In this document: positions 30,461 to 44,833 of the stretch, piece by piece
How positions within the stretch are numbered: the stretch's first letter is position 1
How the letters are laid out: the number at the start of each line of letters is the position of its first letter
Assembly (NCBI RefSeq): GCF_009914755.1
Contig: NC_060947.1
Origin: the human T2T-CHM13v2.0 reference genome, Homo sapiens
Length of the DNA: 64,000 bases
Strand: one strand, 5' to 3'
Position numbers and translations under genes: made by a program
Notes under the pieces: generated by a model
Told to the model about the DNA's origin: nothing
Databases searched by the model: none
Seen by the model: only the letters and a program-made list of their open reading frames with translations

Positions 30461-30941
30461 TGTGATGGTTAATAGTTAATACTGAGTATCAACTTGATTG
30501 GATGGAAGGATACAAACTATTGATCCTGGGTGTGTCTGTGAGGGTGTTGCCAAAAGAGATTAACATTTGAGTCAGTGGGCTGGGGAAGGCAGATCCACCC
30601 TCAATCTGGTGGGCACAATCTAATCAGCTGCCAGCAAATACAAAGCAAGCAGAAAAATGTGAAAGGAGAGACTGGCCTAGCCTCCCAGCCTGCATCTTTC
30701 TCCCATGCTGGATGCTTCTGCCCTCGAACACTGGACTCCAAGTTCTTTAGTTTTGGGACTCGGGCTGGCTTTCCTTGCTCCTCAGCTTACAGACAGCCTA
30801 TTATGGGACCTTGTGATTGTGTAAGTTAATACTTAATAAACTCATATATATATACATGAGTTTATATATTATATATTTTATATATATATTAACTAATATA
30901 TCCTATTAGTTCTGTCCCTCTAGAGAACCTTGACTAATACA
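30461..30941 (+). mobile_element. MLT2A (HERVL) solo LTR
   Basis: tgtgatggttaata...caacttgattgga...gactaataca; internal TA tract; TSD ctaat/ctact. Confidence 0.92.
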
Positions 30942-31027
30942 CTACTTTGTAAAGTCAATGACAGAACTCAAACACACTTGTTGCATCCTCCATTAAAGAC
31001 CCCCGTTAGCATTCATATCCCTTCTTA

Positions 31028-31375
<348 letters not shown>

Positions 31376-31625
31376 TCAAAATCAAGAGTTATGGCAACCT
31401 TCAAGTCTTGCTTGTCTCACCAATGTGGTGAGTTTTAGCGCTGCATGAAGCTAAAGTATTGCCTTTGAATGGAGGATGTGGACCACATTCCATCCTTGGC
31501 CGAAGGCAGAACGCACCCAGGATTGCACAGAATCATAAAAAACCTGAGCTGTAGGAATAAAATGTGGTTCCCTACAGTGGATGCCTTTCATTCAAAATTC
31601 CAAAGCAAGCCTTCAGAAGGATTTT

Positions 31626-34009
31626 TTTTTTTTTTCGAAGCTGATGTTTTAATTTTAATTTTTTTTTTATTTTTTTTTTTAATTTTTTTTTTAATTGATC
31701 ATTCTTGGGTGTTTCTCGCAGAGGGGGATTTGGCAGGGTCACAGGACAATAGTGGAGGGAAGGTCAGCAGATAAACAAGTGAACAAAGGTCTCTGGTTTT
31801 CCTAGGCAGAGGACCCTGCGGCCTTCCGCAGTGTTTGTGTCCCTGGGTACTTGAGATTAGGGAGTGGTGATGACTCTTAAGGAGCATGCTGCCTTCAAGC
31901 ATCTGTTTAACAAAGCACATCTTGCACCGCCCTTAATCCATTCAACCCTGAGTGGATACAGCACATGTTTCAGATAGCACAGGGTTGGGGGTAAGGTCAC
32001 AGATCAACAGGATCCCAAGGCAGAAGAATTTTTCTTAGTACAGAACAAAATGAAAAGTCTCCCATGTCTACTTCTTTCTACACAGACACGGCAACCATCC
32101 GATTTCTCAATCTTTTCCCCACCTTTCCCCCCTTTCTATTCCACAAAACCGCCATTGTCATCATGGCCAGTTCTCAATGAGCTGTTGGGTACACCTCCCA
32201 GATGGGGTGGCGGCCGGACAGAGGGGCTCCTCACTTCCCAGTAGGGGCGGCCGGGCAGAGGCGCCCCTCACCTCCCGGACGGGGCGGCTGGCCGGGCGGG
32301 GGGCTGACCCCCCCACCTCCCTCCCGGACAGAGCGGCTGGCCGGGCGGGGGGCTGACCCCCCCACCTCCCTCCTGGACGGGGCGGCTGGCCGGGCAGAGG
32401 GACTCCTCACTTCCCAGTAGGGGCGGCCGGGCAGAGGCGCCCCTCACCTCCCGGACGGGGCAGCTAGCCGGGCGGGGGGCTGACCCTCCCACCTCCCTCC
32501 TGGATGGGGCGGCTGGCTGGGCAGAGGGGCTCCTCACTTCCCAGTAGGGGTGGCCGGGCAGAGGCGCCCCTCATCTCCCGGACGGGGCGGCTGGCCGGGC
32601 AGGGGGCGGACCCCCCCACCTCCCTCCCGGACAGGGCGGCCGGCCGGGCAGAGGGGCTCCTCACTTCCCAGTAGGGGCGGCCGGGCAGAGGCGCCCCTCA
32701 CCTCTCGGACGGGGCGGCTGGCCAGGTGGGGGGCTGACCCCCCCACCTCCCTCCTGGACGGGGCGGCTGGCTGGGCGGGGGGCTGACCCCCCCACCTCCC
32801 TCCCGGACGGGGCGGCTGGCCGGGCGGGGAGCTGACCCCCCCACCTCCCTCCTGGACTGAGCGGCTGGCCGGGCAGAGGGGCTCCTCACTTCCCAGTAGG
32901 GGCGGCCGGGCAGAGGCGCCCCTCACCTCTTGGACGGGGCGGCTGGCCGGGCAGGGGGCTGACCCCCCCACCTCCCTCCTGGACTGAGCGTCTGGCCGGG
33001 CAGAGGGGCTCCTCACTTCCCAGTAGGGGCGGCCGGGCAGAGGCGCCCCTCACCTCTCGGACGAGGCGGCTGGCTGGGCAGGGGGCTGACCCCCCCACCT
33101 CCCTCCTGGACTGAGCGGCTGGCCGGGCAGAGGGGCTCCTCACTTCCCAGTAGGGGCGGCCGGGCAGAGGCGCCCCTCACCTCCCGGACGGGGCGGCTGG
33201 CCGGGCGGGGGGCTGACCCCCCCACCTCCCTGCCGGACGAGGTGGCTGCCGGGCAGAGACGCTCCTCACTTCCCAGACGGGGTGGCTGCCGGGCGGAGGG
33301 GCTCCTCACTTCTCAGACGGGGCGGTTGCCGGGCGGAGGGTCTCCTCACTTCTCAGACGGGGCGGCTGGGCAGAGACGCTCCTCACATCTCAGACTATGG
33401 GCGGCTGGGCAGAGACGCTCCTCACTTCCCAGATGGGATGGCGGCCGGGAAGAGGCGCTCCTCACTTCCTAGATGGGATGGCGGCCGGGCAGAGACGCTC
33501 CTCACTTTCCAGACTGGGCAGCCAGGCAGAGGGGCTCCTCACATCCCAGACGATGGGCGGCCGGGCAGAGACGCTCCTCACTTCCCAGACGGGGTGGCGG
33601 CCGGGCAGAGGCTGCAATCTCGGCACTTTGGGAGGCCAAGGCAGGCTGCTGGGAGGTGAAGGTTGTAGCGAGCCGAGATCACGCCACTGCACTCCAGCCT
33701 GGGCACCATTGAGCACGGAGTGAACCAGACTCCGTCTGCAATCCCGGCATCTCAGGATGCCGAGGCTGGCGGATCACTCGCGGTTAGGAGCTGGAGACCA
33801 GCCCAGCCAACACAGCGAAACCCCGTCTCCACCAAAAAAATACGAAAACCAGTCAGGCGTGGCGGCACGCGCCTGCAATCGCAGGCAGTCGGCAGGCTGA
33901 GGCAGGAGAATCAGGCAGCAGTACCGTCCAGCTTCAGCTCGGCATCAGAGGGAGACCGTGGAGAGAGGGAGAGGGAGACCGTGGAGAGAGGGAGAGGGAG
34001 AGGGAGAGC
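31626..34009 (-). mobile_element. Full-length SVA retrotransposon (SVA_D-like)
   Basis: Poly(T), SINE-R (about 31695-32190), GC-rich VNTR (about 32200-33600), Alu-like region, (CCCTCT)n hexamer (about 33948-34008); 12-bp TSD cagaaggatttt (31614-31625, 34010-34021). Confidence 0.97.
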
Positions 34010-34552
34010 CAGAAGGATTTTATGAATGTCCTTTTGTGTGAGGATTAATAGATAAATAAGAAGTTTATTAACTGGAAAAATGCTTTTTGTTTGGTAAACC
34101 GTAAGTGACTCTCATGAGTGAGAACGCAACGCAGCTATAGTAACCCAAAATTTCTCTAATAAATCAATATATAATTGTTGCTGCTGTGACTGCACAAAAT
34201 TAATGAATAGAGCAGCTTGGAGCAGCTTTATTTGTAGGTCCTTCTGTTTGAAGCACAATCAGTCTACTTATTCAATGATCAGGCCTGGGAAACTTAGCCT
34301 GAAAACCAAAACATCCATAGCTGAGCAGTTTCTAAACAAAAATCCTAAAGAGAGATGAATTCCTATCTCACAGCGAAAGGTAGCTCTGAAATGAAGCTCC
34401 TTGATGACATCTCATACTTGTAACAGAGATTTCAAAAATCTGTTCATTTCATCTAGGGAACATTTTTCTGCAAAGGCTGGTTTGAGTGGTTATGTGATCC
34501 AGTATATCATTCTGCACTACACACAATGATGGGCAATGTTAAAAACAGATGA

Positions 34553-35059
<507 letters not shown>

Positions 35060-35187
35060 TAGAATTCTAATAAATGATATCAAGTGATACTAAGAAAATA
35101 TATAATCCAAATCATCACTAAGTAAAAGTCCTAAGGCCGGTTATTTTTTTAGCAGCACATGAGGTTCTTCACGGCTTCAGTAGAAAC

Positions 35188-35418
35188 CAGATTTCTTCAA
35201 CCTTGTCACTCTCGGCATTTGGGGCTGAATAGCTTTGTTGGGGGGAACTACCTTGTGCATTGTAGGATATTTGGAAGAGTCCCTGGTCCCTGCCTAATGC
35301 TGGTAGCCCTTTTTTCCCGCAGTTGTGAAAAGAAAAAAATGTCTCCACACATTGCTGACTGTATCACATAAAGTGTGTGTGTACCCACATATAAAATCCC
35401 CCCATTTGAGAAGGACTG
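35188..35418 (-). mobile_element. MER20 (hAT-Charlie MITE)
   Basis: cag...tcaacctt...tgtgcattgtagga...cagttgtga...aaatgtctcca.acattgc...ttgagaa..actg. Confidence 0.8.
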
Positions 35419-35955
35419 ATATAAATAACACAATTTATATAATTCTTTAAATAGAAACTTACTTGCTGCACTACTCAATATTGATGTTCTTGAAATTAAA
35501 TACAATCTTATGAGTTCCTCTTATACATATGCTTCCATTCTCATTGTCTTTTTCTGAATTGTCATGAAAAACACTCCAGCATTTTTTAAACACTTTGACA
35601 AACATGTGTGCCTCGCTTTCTCCCTACATGTCCCGATTTCTTTATCTGGATTTTTTGTGTCCTCTATTAAGACCAGAATGCTGTTCATCCTCTCAGCTTG
35701 TCTTACGTGATCCTTGAGCAATGAAAATGTTATTTTTAGAAAAGGACTTTAGTAGAATTTTGAAAAAATATATATAGTAATTAAAGTGTGTTTGGCCTCA
35801 TTGGTGTGGCCAATCTTCAACTAAATGTTGAAGATATACGTTAGGTACAGACAACTTAGTACTACATTTATTCAAGGTTTTTGCGTGGCTTTAGTTAAAA
35901 TGTAATTAGAGTTCAAGCAATGAAGGCATTGCAAACGTATTTACTGAAATTTCTT

Positions 35956-36274
35956 TTTCTTTTTTCTTCTTCTTTTTTCTTTTTTTTTTTTTTTGAGACA
36001 AGTTCTCACTCTGTTGCCCAGGTTAAGTGCGGTAGCACGATCATAGCTTACTGAGCCTTGATCTCCCAGGCTCAAGTGATGCTTCCACTTCAGCCTCCTG
36101 GGTAGCTGGGACTACAGGTGCACACCACCATGCCTGGCTGATTTTTAAAATTTTTGCAGAAATGAGACCTCACAATGTTTCCCATGCTGGTCTTAAACTC
36201 CTGTCCTCAAGCAATTCTCCCCCTTTGGCCTCCCAAAATGCTGGGACTACAGACATGAGCCACTGTGCCTGGCT
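35956..36274 (-). mobile_element. Alu (AluJ-like)
   Basis: Dimeric Alu; degenerate TSD attta(c/t)tgaa. Confidence 0.92.
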
Positions 36275-36439
36275 ATTTATTGAACTTTGTCCCACAGCTG
36301 AGCACTCTATGGTTGCAAAATACAAGTTTCACCAACCTTCTGGCAGCTTTAAGATGCCCATCGATAAGATGGAATTATGACACACTCAGAGTGCATATGG
36401 GGATAAGGAACCACTACCTGAGCAGACCAAATCAATCAA

Positions 36440-36650
36440 CATGAGAGCTCTTGGAACTAGAGATGGCTGGGATCACATTCTGGCCCTGCCATTTATTATC
36501 TGTGTGACCTTGGATCTAAATAGCTCCCCTCTCTACGTGTTACTTTCTGCACCTGAAAAGTGGGATGATGAGATGCGTTCTCCATGGTTTTATGAGGAAT
36601 AATAAAATACCTCTGCAAAGTGGCTGTGTTTGGCACACAGCAGGGGCTGG
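36440..36650 (+). mobile_element. MIR remnant
   Basis: ccctgccatttattatctgtgtgaccttgga...ctgaaaagtggga core. Confidence 0.65.
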
Positions 36651-36974
36651 ATACATACTGCTTCTCCTACATACCAAGACTCAGGCTCGCCGACTTGTTC
36701 AGGGAGAGAGGGCATAGAGAACAGAACTTGCACCCTGTACTTCGCTGAAACCTCAGGCATGGACAGCTCAGATAGGAGTGGGGCTCAGAGGCAATTCATC
36801 CTGTATTCTGAAGGGCAGCTAAACTTCAGCTGAAAAGCTGGGGTCCGGAAGCCATGCAAAAGACCTGCAGTCTCCTGGTGAGGGAGATGATAAACATGAA
36901 ACCATGTGGAAATGTGGATTAACCACCCTGAAAGACAAGGTCCCTCATTGTTCCCGAGACAAGGACCATTTCTT

Positions 36975-37330
36975 TCTTTTTTAAAACAGCTGTATTGAGG
37001 TGTAATTTATATACCATAGAACTCGCATGTTTAATGGCTTTTAATAATTTATAGAGTTGTGCACCCACCACCACAATTCAATTGGCGTTGCCCTAAAAAA
37101 TCACTTGTGCCTAAGTGTAATCAATTCCTTCTTCCACCTCCAGCCCCTGGCAACCACTAATCTACTTTCTGTGTCTACAAATTTGCTATTCTGTACTTTT
37201 AATGTAAAAGGATTTATGCAATTTGCAGTTGTTTTTTGTCTGGCTTTTTCACATAGTGCAATGTGTTTGAGGGACATCCATGTTATAGGGTGGGTGCGTC
37301 TGCATTTCAGTATTTTCTTTCTTTTTAATG
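36975..37330 (-). mobile_element. L1M 3' end fragment
   Basis: tattgaggtgtaattta...cagcccctggcaaccactaatctactttctgtgtcta. Confidence 0.75.
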
Positions 37331-37419
37331 ATGTGCTGATATTGGACCAGTTACTCTAAAATTTTAGATTTGGCATCTATATGAGTGGAGTTTTAATAAG
37401 ACCAATGTCAGGTTATTTA

Positions 37420-37700
37420 GATGTTGGACGAAGGAAACAAATTTCAATGAGACAGAAGGAGTAAGTTCAAGAGATCTATTGTACAACATGGTGACTATAG
37501 TTAAAAACAACATATTGTATCTTTGAAAATTGCTAAAAGAGTAAATTTTAAGTTTTCTTACCACAAAACCAATGATAAGTACATGAGGTTACATATGTTA
37601 ATTAGCTTGATTTAACCATTTCACAATGTATACATATACCAAAACATCATATTGTACACTGTACACTTACACAGGTTTTTGTCAATTAAATTTTTTTCTA
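37420..37700 (+). mobile_element. L1MA 3' end fragment
   Basis: aagttcaagagatctattgtacaacatggtgactatagtta...ttgtcaattaaa. Confidence 0.8.
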
Positions 37701-39775
37701 AATTAAACATTTTAAAAACATGCAAAAAGCTATAGCATGGCCTCTGGCAGGGATCAAGAGCTTCCTACACGTTAGTTTTGATGTTAGGATCATCCCAGTT
37801 GTAATTAGTTATCCATTTTAGTAGTATTACCACCACAGATCTTATCCATTTAGCAGAAGCAATAAGGGACCATCTCTGGGTAGTCATTGTTCCTAGGGAC
37901 TCCTATGTAATCTGCTGGGCGATTCAAAAATTCACTGCAAAATTCAGTTTTTAGAACTAGGAGGTATCCAATAAAAGTTGTTGAATATAGGAAGAAAAAA
38001 TAAATTTTAAATAACAAAAAACACATACAAAAAGGGTCACCCTTTGTGGTGAATTCCCCGCACGTGGCTCAGGGTCTAATGCACAGTGGTATCCAGTAAA
38101 TATTTGTTGAATGAATTAATGAAGAGTTTGGATTTTAAAATATTGCACACCTATAAGCCGGAGTTTAATAACCAAAAGGCATATGATCCTTATACTTTCA
38201 ATGTTATCACTCAACCATCTATGTTTCCATTGGACTGTTGTCTGATTTATGGGACTGGGATTTGACGTAAATTCAGGAATTGTTGGAAGTAGCTGTTCAG
38301 TAGTGAGAAGCAGAAGAAAACACTGACACATGGAACCAGGTGTCTTTGTTTTGGCAAGGACAGCAACTGTATTCTGATACTAAGGTGGGGGATGGGAGTT
38401 CCGGGCAAAGACATTAATAGCACTCATATTGTTCTTTTCGACACAGATTTGAGAGAGCTCTTCAAATGGCAAACACCTAGCATGTGGGGATCTGAAGCAC
38501 CTCTTTGTGGGTTTCACTCTCAACACTCTTGGAAAATCACCGAGTGTCATGAGAGGTGTTATTGATGCAGGCCTGTCATGCAGGGGACTGACAGAGAGGC
38601 CTCCTCAGAAAGACTGAGATGGCCCACAGCAGAGGGCAGAAAAAAAAAAACCCTTTCCTGATTATTGCAATCCTGGCAATGTCAGCACCTGGTTACCAAC
38701 TGCAGCGATGAAAAGTAATACAAACATTTAGGTATTGATATATAGAAGACATAAGAGTGAGGGGAAAATGTTTTCCTATAAACATTTCTCAAATAATTTT
38801 GTGTTGTTTCAGTAAAGGTCACTGTGATTTTGTAGGCCCTCAGGTGTGGGTTTAATTGTGTTTACTTATGATGTATGATTACAGAAAGGTATTATTCCTG
38901 AAAAACCATCATAATATAATTAAAAAGTTGGCAAAAGTGACGTCTCATTGCTCTCTTTGTTTATTTTTTTAATAAAAAAGAAAACTCCCATTGCGCTCTG
39001 CTTGGAGTACAATGACCATAAACCAAGAGACAGAATTCACATTCTTGGAAAATCACACACTGTGGTTTCCTTGAAAAGGGAGATGACTTTTGCTCTGGAA
39101 AAGACACATATATAGAGATCCCAATTAAAATGTATCTATTCTTCCAAATATTCTTTCTCATTTAATCCTTGGATACCTGGAACTGATAATTAAGAGGTAA
39201 CATCGGCAACTATGTACTAGGTGCAAAGGCAATAATGGAATCCTCATTTTTGGGTGGGTCTTTGCACAGACCCTTACACGCACACACACACACATGCATA
39301 TATATTTATTTTTATATTTAGATTCCATTCATGTTAAATACCTATAGATTTTATATTCTGAGCTGTTTTCTCAGACGTTCTTTCACACTCTGCAAAGCCT
39401 ATGCTTTTTTGCTTAGCTTGAAACCACCTCCATGAGTCTCTTCTTATCCCCCAAATAGGAGTCCTGCATTACAATCTTCTTTGAGCAAATTCACAACCTA
39501 GATTTTGGTTGGAGTTGAACATGCAATAAGTTATCAAGAGTTAAATCTAGGAAGTGGATTTGGGATAGTTTTACTCTTTTCATTATAACTTTCCCTATTT
39601 TTCATATCGTATATAATAAAAAATCATTTTTAAATAAGAAAAAATAAATGACTATAATTTATATATGTATATGTGTTTGTCGTAAGCTCAGGAGCTCAAA
39701 GCATTCTCAAATTTTCTTGTGTCATCTAATCCTAAATAAGTCATAGTTAGAATCTCCTCAAAGCCACCCAGGGCT

Positions 39776-40076
39776 GGCTGGGCACAGTGGCTCATGCCTG
39801 TAATCCCAGCACTTTGGGAGGCAGAGGCAGGCAGACTGCTTGAGTCCAGGAGTTCAAGACCAGCCTGGCCAACATGGTGAAACCCTGTATCTACAAAAAA
39901 ATACAAAAATTAGCCAGGCATGGTGGTGCGCACCTGTATTCCCAGTTACTCAAGAGGCTGAGGTGGGAGAATCTTGAACCCGGGAGGCAGAGGTTGCAGC
40001 AAGCCAAGGTCCCAGCCACTGCACTCCAGCCTGGACAACAGAGCAAGCCTCTGTCTAAAAACAAACAAACAAAAAA
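39776..40076 (+). mobile_element. Alu
   Basis: Dimeric Alu with A-rich tail. Confidence 0.94.
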
Positions 40077-40479
40077 GGACCCGGGGCTTGTGAAAATGAA
40101 GTGTGTTAATATTCAAGCTGAGTGAGCAGCCCGTCTAACAGGCTGTTTAAATTTTGCCATGCAATTGTTGAAGGCTTAAAGAAAATCTTCATTTCCTGGG
40201 TGAACTGAAACCTGGCTAAATGCTTTTGTGAGGCACTTCTTGTTGAGCAATCATTATGTCTATTAAATGCTTGATTCCATCACATCTGGGGAGTTCACTC
40301 CCCAGAAAAGAATTGGGATGGTGGTTTCATAAATGTAAAACAAACTTCAGGCTAAGCCCCCTCCGTAAATGTGAGCCAAGAATCCATCAGCTCACCTGTG
40401 AGAGCTCTGTCAGGCAGTGTCACTTCAATGCCCCTAAATATTAAGGCATTCAGTCCTTGAATCTCTTAGCTATGCTCAC

Positions 40480-40720
40480 TTTTCTAGGTGATCTTATTCA
40501 GTTCCATGATTCTAACCAGTACCTGAGTGCTGATGACTCTAGCAGTGACTTCCACCCTGAATACACACCCACATATTCAAGTGCTTCTTGAATAGGAATC
40601 TTAAATTTCATATGTCTAAAGTGAGTGATTTTTGCTATTTTACCCAACCTGCTCCTCTGTTCAGTAAACGAAATCTTCATCAAGTTAATTTGACCCAAGC
40701 TTTGGATACAACTTGGACTT
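40480..40720 (+). mobile_element. L2 remnant
   Basis: ctaggtgatcttattcag.tccatg...gctgatgactc...atcttaaattt.atatgtctaaa. Confidence 0.55.
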
Positions 40721-42494
40721 TGCTGTTTCTCTCATACCCCCCCAAGCTCTGTGCCTGTCTGTCAGTAGGAGGAAGTTTATGGTACAACAAATTGCCCTTT
40801 ACCTTAGAAGTGATGTTCCAGCATGCCCCAGACTGCTGGACCCCTCAAACTCCACCAGTGTGGCAGGCCGTGAAGTCTTCATTGAGTTAATCTCTCCCCT
40901 TTTGGTGTGCCTGTCTTAGTAGACCATAAACAGAACTTGCCACTTCCTGCTCAATGATGTGATGTTATAAATACAATAGACTAGTGTGATGCTGTGCAGA
41001 ATGTCAAGATGATCAAAAATAGAGAGAGAGAGAGCAAGATAGCGAGAGAGTAGAAGAGTCAACATGTGAAAGGGAAATGCTTTTGATCATCCCTGATGAT
41101 GAGTACACAGAAGGAATAATTCTCAAATAGTGACACACCAAACATGATTTTGAACTGCTCCACTAAACAACATACCATTTCTGGAGTAGTGGCTGCAGTT
41201 GGGGCTACTGTCTGGTTAGGTCTATGGTGAACAGCAATTACTTTCTATGTCCCAATTGACTTTGGCACAGATTAGACAAGTGATTTGAATAGGATATGAT
41301 GGTACTTACAGCTCCTGAGTCCTTCATGTCTTCATGCTTCCCCTAACCTTTGCCATTTCTCCTACATGTATGATTGCTACTGATGCACTGTCTTGACGAG
41401 TTTAGGGGATTCTTCTTGGCTTTTCCTATTATAATGACACTTACTTCTTAGGTCAGAAAACTCACACGAAGCCTCTGCCCGCTTCAGTAGATAATCTCAG
41501 TTATACACTTGCAAACTTGGAGAATGACCTGGGAAACTCTACAGAACCAGTGAATCTACTGTGAGAAGAATTTGGGTCAAAAGTTCATATGTAAGGCTCC
41601 TAAAAATTTCTGGGTATTCCATTCTCCCTAATGTCCTGGCAATTGTCTATGGATACCATTGAGGAAAAGTAACTGAAATATTTACCCATTATGTTCTTGT
41701 AATAGTGCTGTAGGGTCTTTCCTCAGCAGAATCTAGTTTTCCCTCCTATCAGTGGGCTCTAGGTCTGTGAGCTGCCTTAGCTTTGCAAACTGATTAAGGG
41801 GCTCGGCACTGATGCAGCTGATAGAGTTTTCTGTTTGCTAGTTCTAGTTTCTTTTTATGAAAGCAATAGAGAAACACCACTGAAACCACAGGTTCCCCAG
41901 GCATCAGACATCCTGACTGTTACCCTGGGTCGACGCTAGTTACAGGAATTAGATCCACCTTGCATCTGATGGCTAACTGCTGGCATTTCCTCCACCAGAA
42001 TTCAGTCATGTCATTGGTATTAGGGAACCTAGTTGTATGGCTGCATCATTCAGTCTCAACCCTGGCCTGTAGATAACAGCCACTGAGTAGCTTCTAAAAT
42101 GGGCTAATGCCCCATTCATTCATGCGTTGCTTAGAGCCACAGTGAAGTGGGGAGGGGTCCCTTTGAATCCTCCCAGAGAACAAAGTCAGGTAGGAGGTCT
42201 CTTATTTTCCATGTGCAATTCATTCTAGCATCCCAGCTTCTCTTATCCTTCTCACCCCTTCCCATCTCTATGCTAAGGAGATCTGGCAACTCCACCATAT
42301 TTATAGAAGGCATTGCTATGTCCACTATTCCAGGTGCCTTCACGTCAGACTCTCATGATCAGCTCTAGATGTCCTTCCAGAATTTGAACCTCAAGGAACG
42401 TGTGAGTGCTACCTAATCAATGACTTCTCTCTTCTTTAGCTTTATATTATTATCCTCCAATTCCACTCTCATTGTTTTAAGATCCAAGTCCCAA

Positions 42495-42800
<306 letters not shown>

Positions 42801-42974
42801 CTATGTTTTCACAACTGATACAGATGAGCCCAGTGTTGCAACTCCTCTGACATACAGGAGTTTATTTCTGAGGAGTTGGGCTTGTACTGCCCAACTCGGG
42901 CTATGATAAGACCTGGTTATAGGACTAGGCCAGAGGTTCCTATATAGACCACTTGTATAAGAGTTCTTATCTGC

Positions 42975-43164
42975 CAGAGGTTCCTACACGTGTGGCCTCC
43001 AGACCACCAGCAGCAGCATCACCTGGTAAATAATTAACAGGACACATTCTCAGCACCAACTCCAACCCAAATGAATCAGACACCTTGAGAGTAGGTCTTA
43101 GCAACCTGTGCTTTAACTAGTCTTCCAAGTGATTCTCATGCATGCTCAGGTTTGAAAACCACAG
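42975..43164 (+). mobile_element. MER5A (hAT-Charlie MITE)
   Basis: accagcagcagcatcacctgg...tgaatcaga...tttaac...gtgattct.atgcatgctca.gtttgaaaacca. Confidence 0.8.
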
Positions 43165-43944
43165 TTCTGGAGAACACAAACACAGATGGGGGTGGGTCTT
43201 GCAGAACCTGTGCTTCATTTTCAAGGCACCTCTGCCAGGTGAGGTCACTGCAATGGCAGAAATGTTTCCTCTGCTCGGTGGAATGGGGCTGCTTGTGCCA
43301 TTTAGGAATGTTCCAGGAGATGTTGGGAGCTTGAGATCCTCAAGCTTGTCCACCGAAATATTTCCATCACAGGTCTCAAGGTGCTGCTCTTGGGGCTCCT
43401 TGTTTAGTCACTTTTGGAGCTTAGTCTTATTATTATCCAACTTGGGACTGATTTGTTACATAATCAGCCCTGTAGCTGCAGAAGATGAAAGTCTTCTCTA
43501 GACCTTCCCAAGGGGCCTCCTGGCCATCACAGTATCCCTTAAATGGGCAACATGCCACTCTGAGTCTCTCATTTTCTTTTAGTGCGGTCCTTCTTCAGTC
43601 CTGTTGAAAGTAGCCCTCCCACACCAGACTCATTCCAATGATCACTGCCCGCATAGCAGTTAAGGATAGCAGCCACTCGTCTTTCAAAGCCTTTTCTTCC
43701 ATCTGTAATGCATCCCAATTATCCACAGGTGAAAGCTTTTGCTACCATGAGGCCACTGTTTGCAAAGTGTAATCACCATCTCCACTTACCTCCAGCGAGC
43801 TAGTCCCTACTGCTTCAAATGACATGGACGACTTAAGTCCTGAATCCTCTCCAGTGGGTCTGTTTTCTAGTCCAAGAAGGTGCTTATTGTCTGTACCTGG
43901 ATTCCATAGAAACTAGTGGCTAAGGCACAGCTTGTGGGATTACA

Positions 43945-44208
43945 TTATTTATTTCTTTATTTTTAGAGACAAGGTCTCACCCAGACTGGAGTACAGTGGT
44001 GCAATCATAGCTCACTGCAGCTTCCAACTCCTGGGTGCAAGCAATCCTCCTGCTTCAGCCTCCAGAGTAGCTGGGATTACAAGTGCAGGCCACCACGCCC
44101 AGCTAATGTTTACATTTCTTGTAGAGATGGGGGTCTCTCTTTGTTGCCCAGCCTGGTAGTGAACTCCTGGCCTCAACCAATCTTCCGCATGAGCTGGTAT
44201 GCCCAGCC
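43945..44208 (-). mobile_element. Alu (AluJ-like, internally deleted)
   Basis: Alu reverse complement with gaps. Confidence 0.88.
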
Positions 44209-44219
44209 TACTTTTTTTT

Positions 44220-44833
44220 TAATAAAAGAAAAGGCATACACATTTATCAACATGTCAACATGTACATGGGGAGAATGAGAGAGTGATTACCCCCAGAATT
44301 ACATTTTACCAAGAGAAAGTAAGCTCAAGGAAATCAAGGAGGAATTGATGCATTTAAAGAACTGGCTATAGCTTGAGGAGCAAGCACAGCTGGCTGTTCA
44401 GGCAGGCTGGACATGTCTGCATAGGAAGAATGACATCATCCAGAGAAGTGCACCGGGGGAGGAAGGGGTATATATTAATAGGTATGGCTTTGCATCTGAG
44501 CTCCCCTACGGGGTCTTAACACTGTTGTACTTCAGGGCCATCCAAGAAACTCTGGGGGCTGGGGGCAGCGGGGAGGACCTTAGCAGGGCCTGTTTGTTTA
44601 GATTCCTCATGGCCTCTTTGTGCAGCATTCCTTCCCTCCAGGTATATATGGCAGGATCCCTCTGAAATGAGGTCTTATGACTTCATTTCAGGGGAGGTAG
44701 GCCAGAATTCTTTTATGGCCAGCTCTCAGGGAGGAAGGATGGGATATGGTCAGAGAGTGACCATCCTTGCTTCTGCTATTTTCTCAGTTTCTGAGGTGCT
44801 AGGTTTTGGGGTAGCATTTTTTGCACCCCGACA
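44220..44833 (-). mobile_element. MER34/MER39-group ERV1 LTR remnant
   Basis: agaaaaggcatacacattta...gagtgattacccc; ...aatgaggtcttatgac...ttttggggtagcattttttgcaccccgaca. Confidence 0.55.

Noticed and set aside
32200-34025. CpG-island promoter and many overlapping ORFs
   Set aside because: Entirely SVA VNTR and Alu-like sequence
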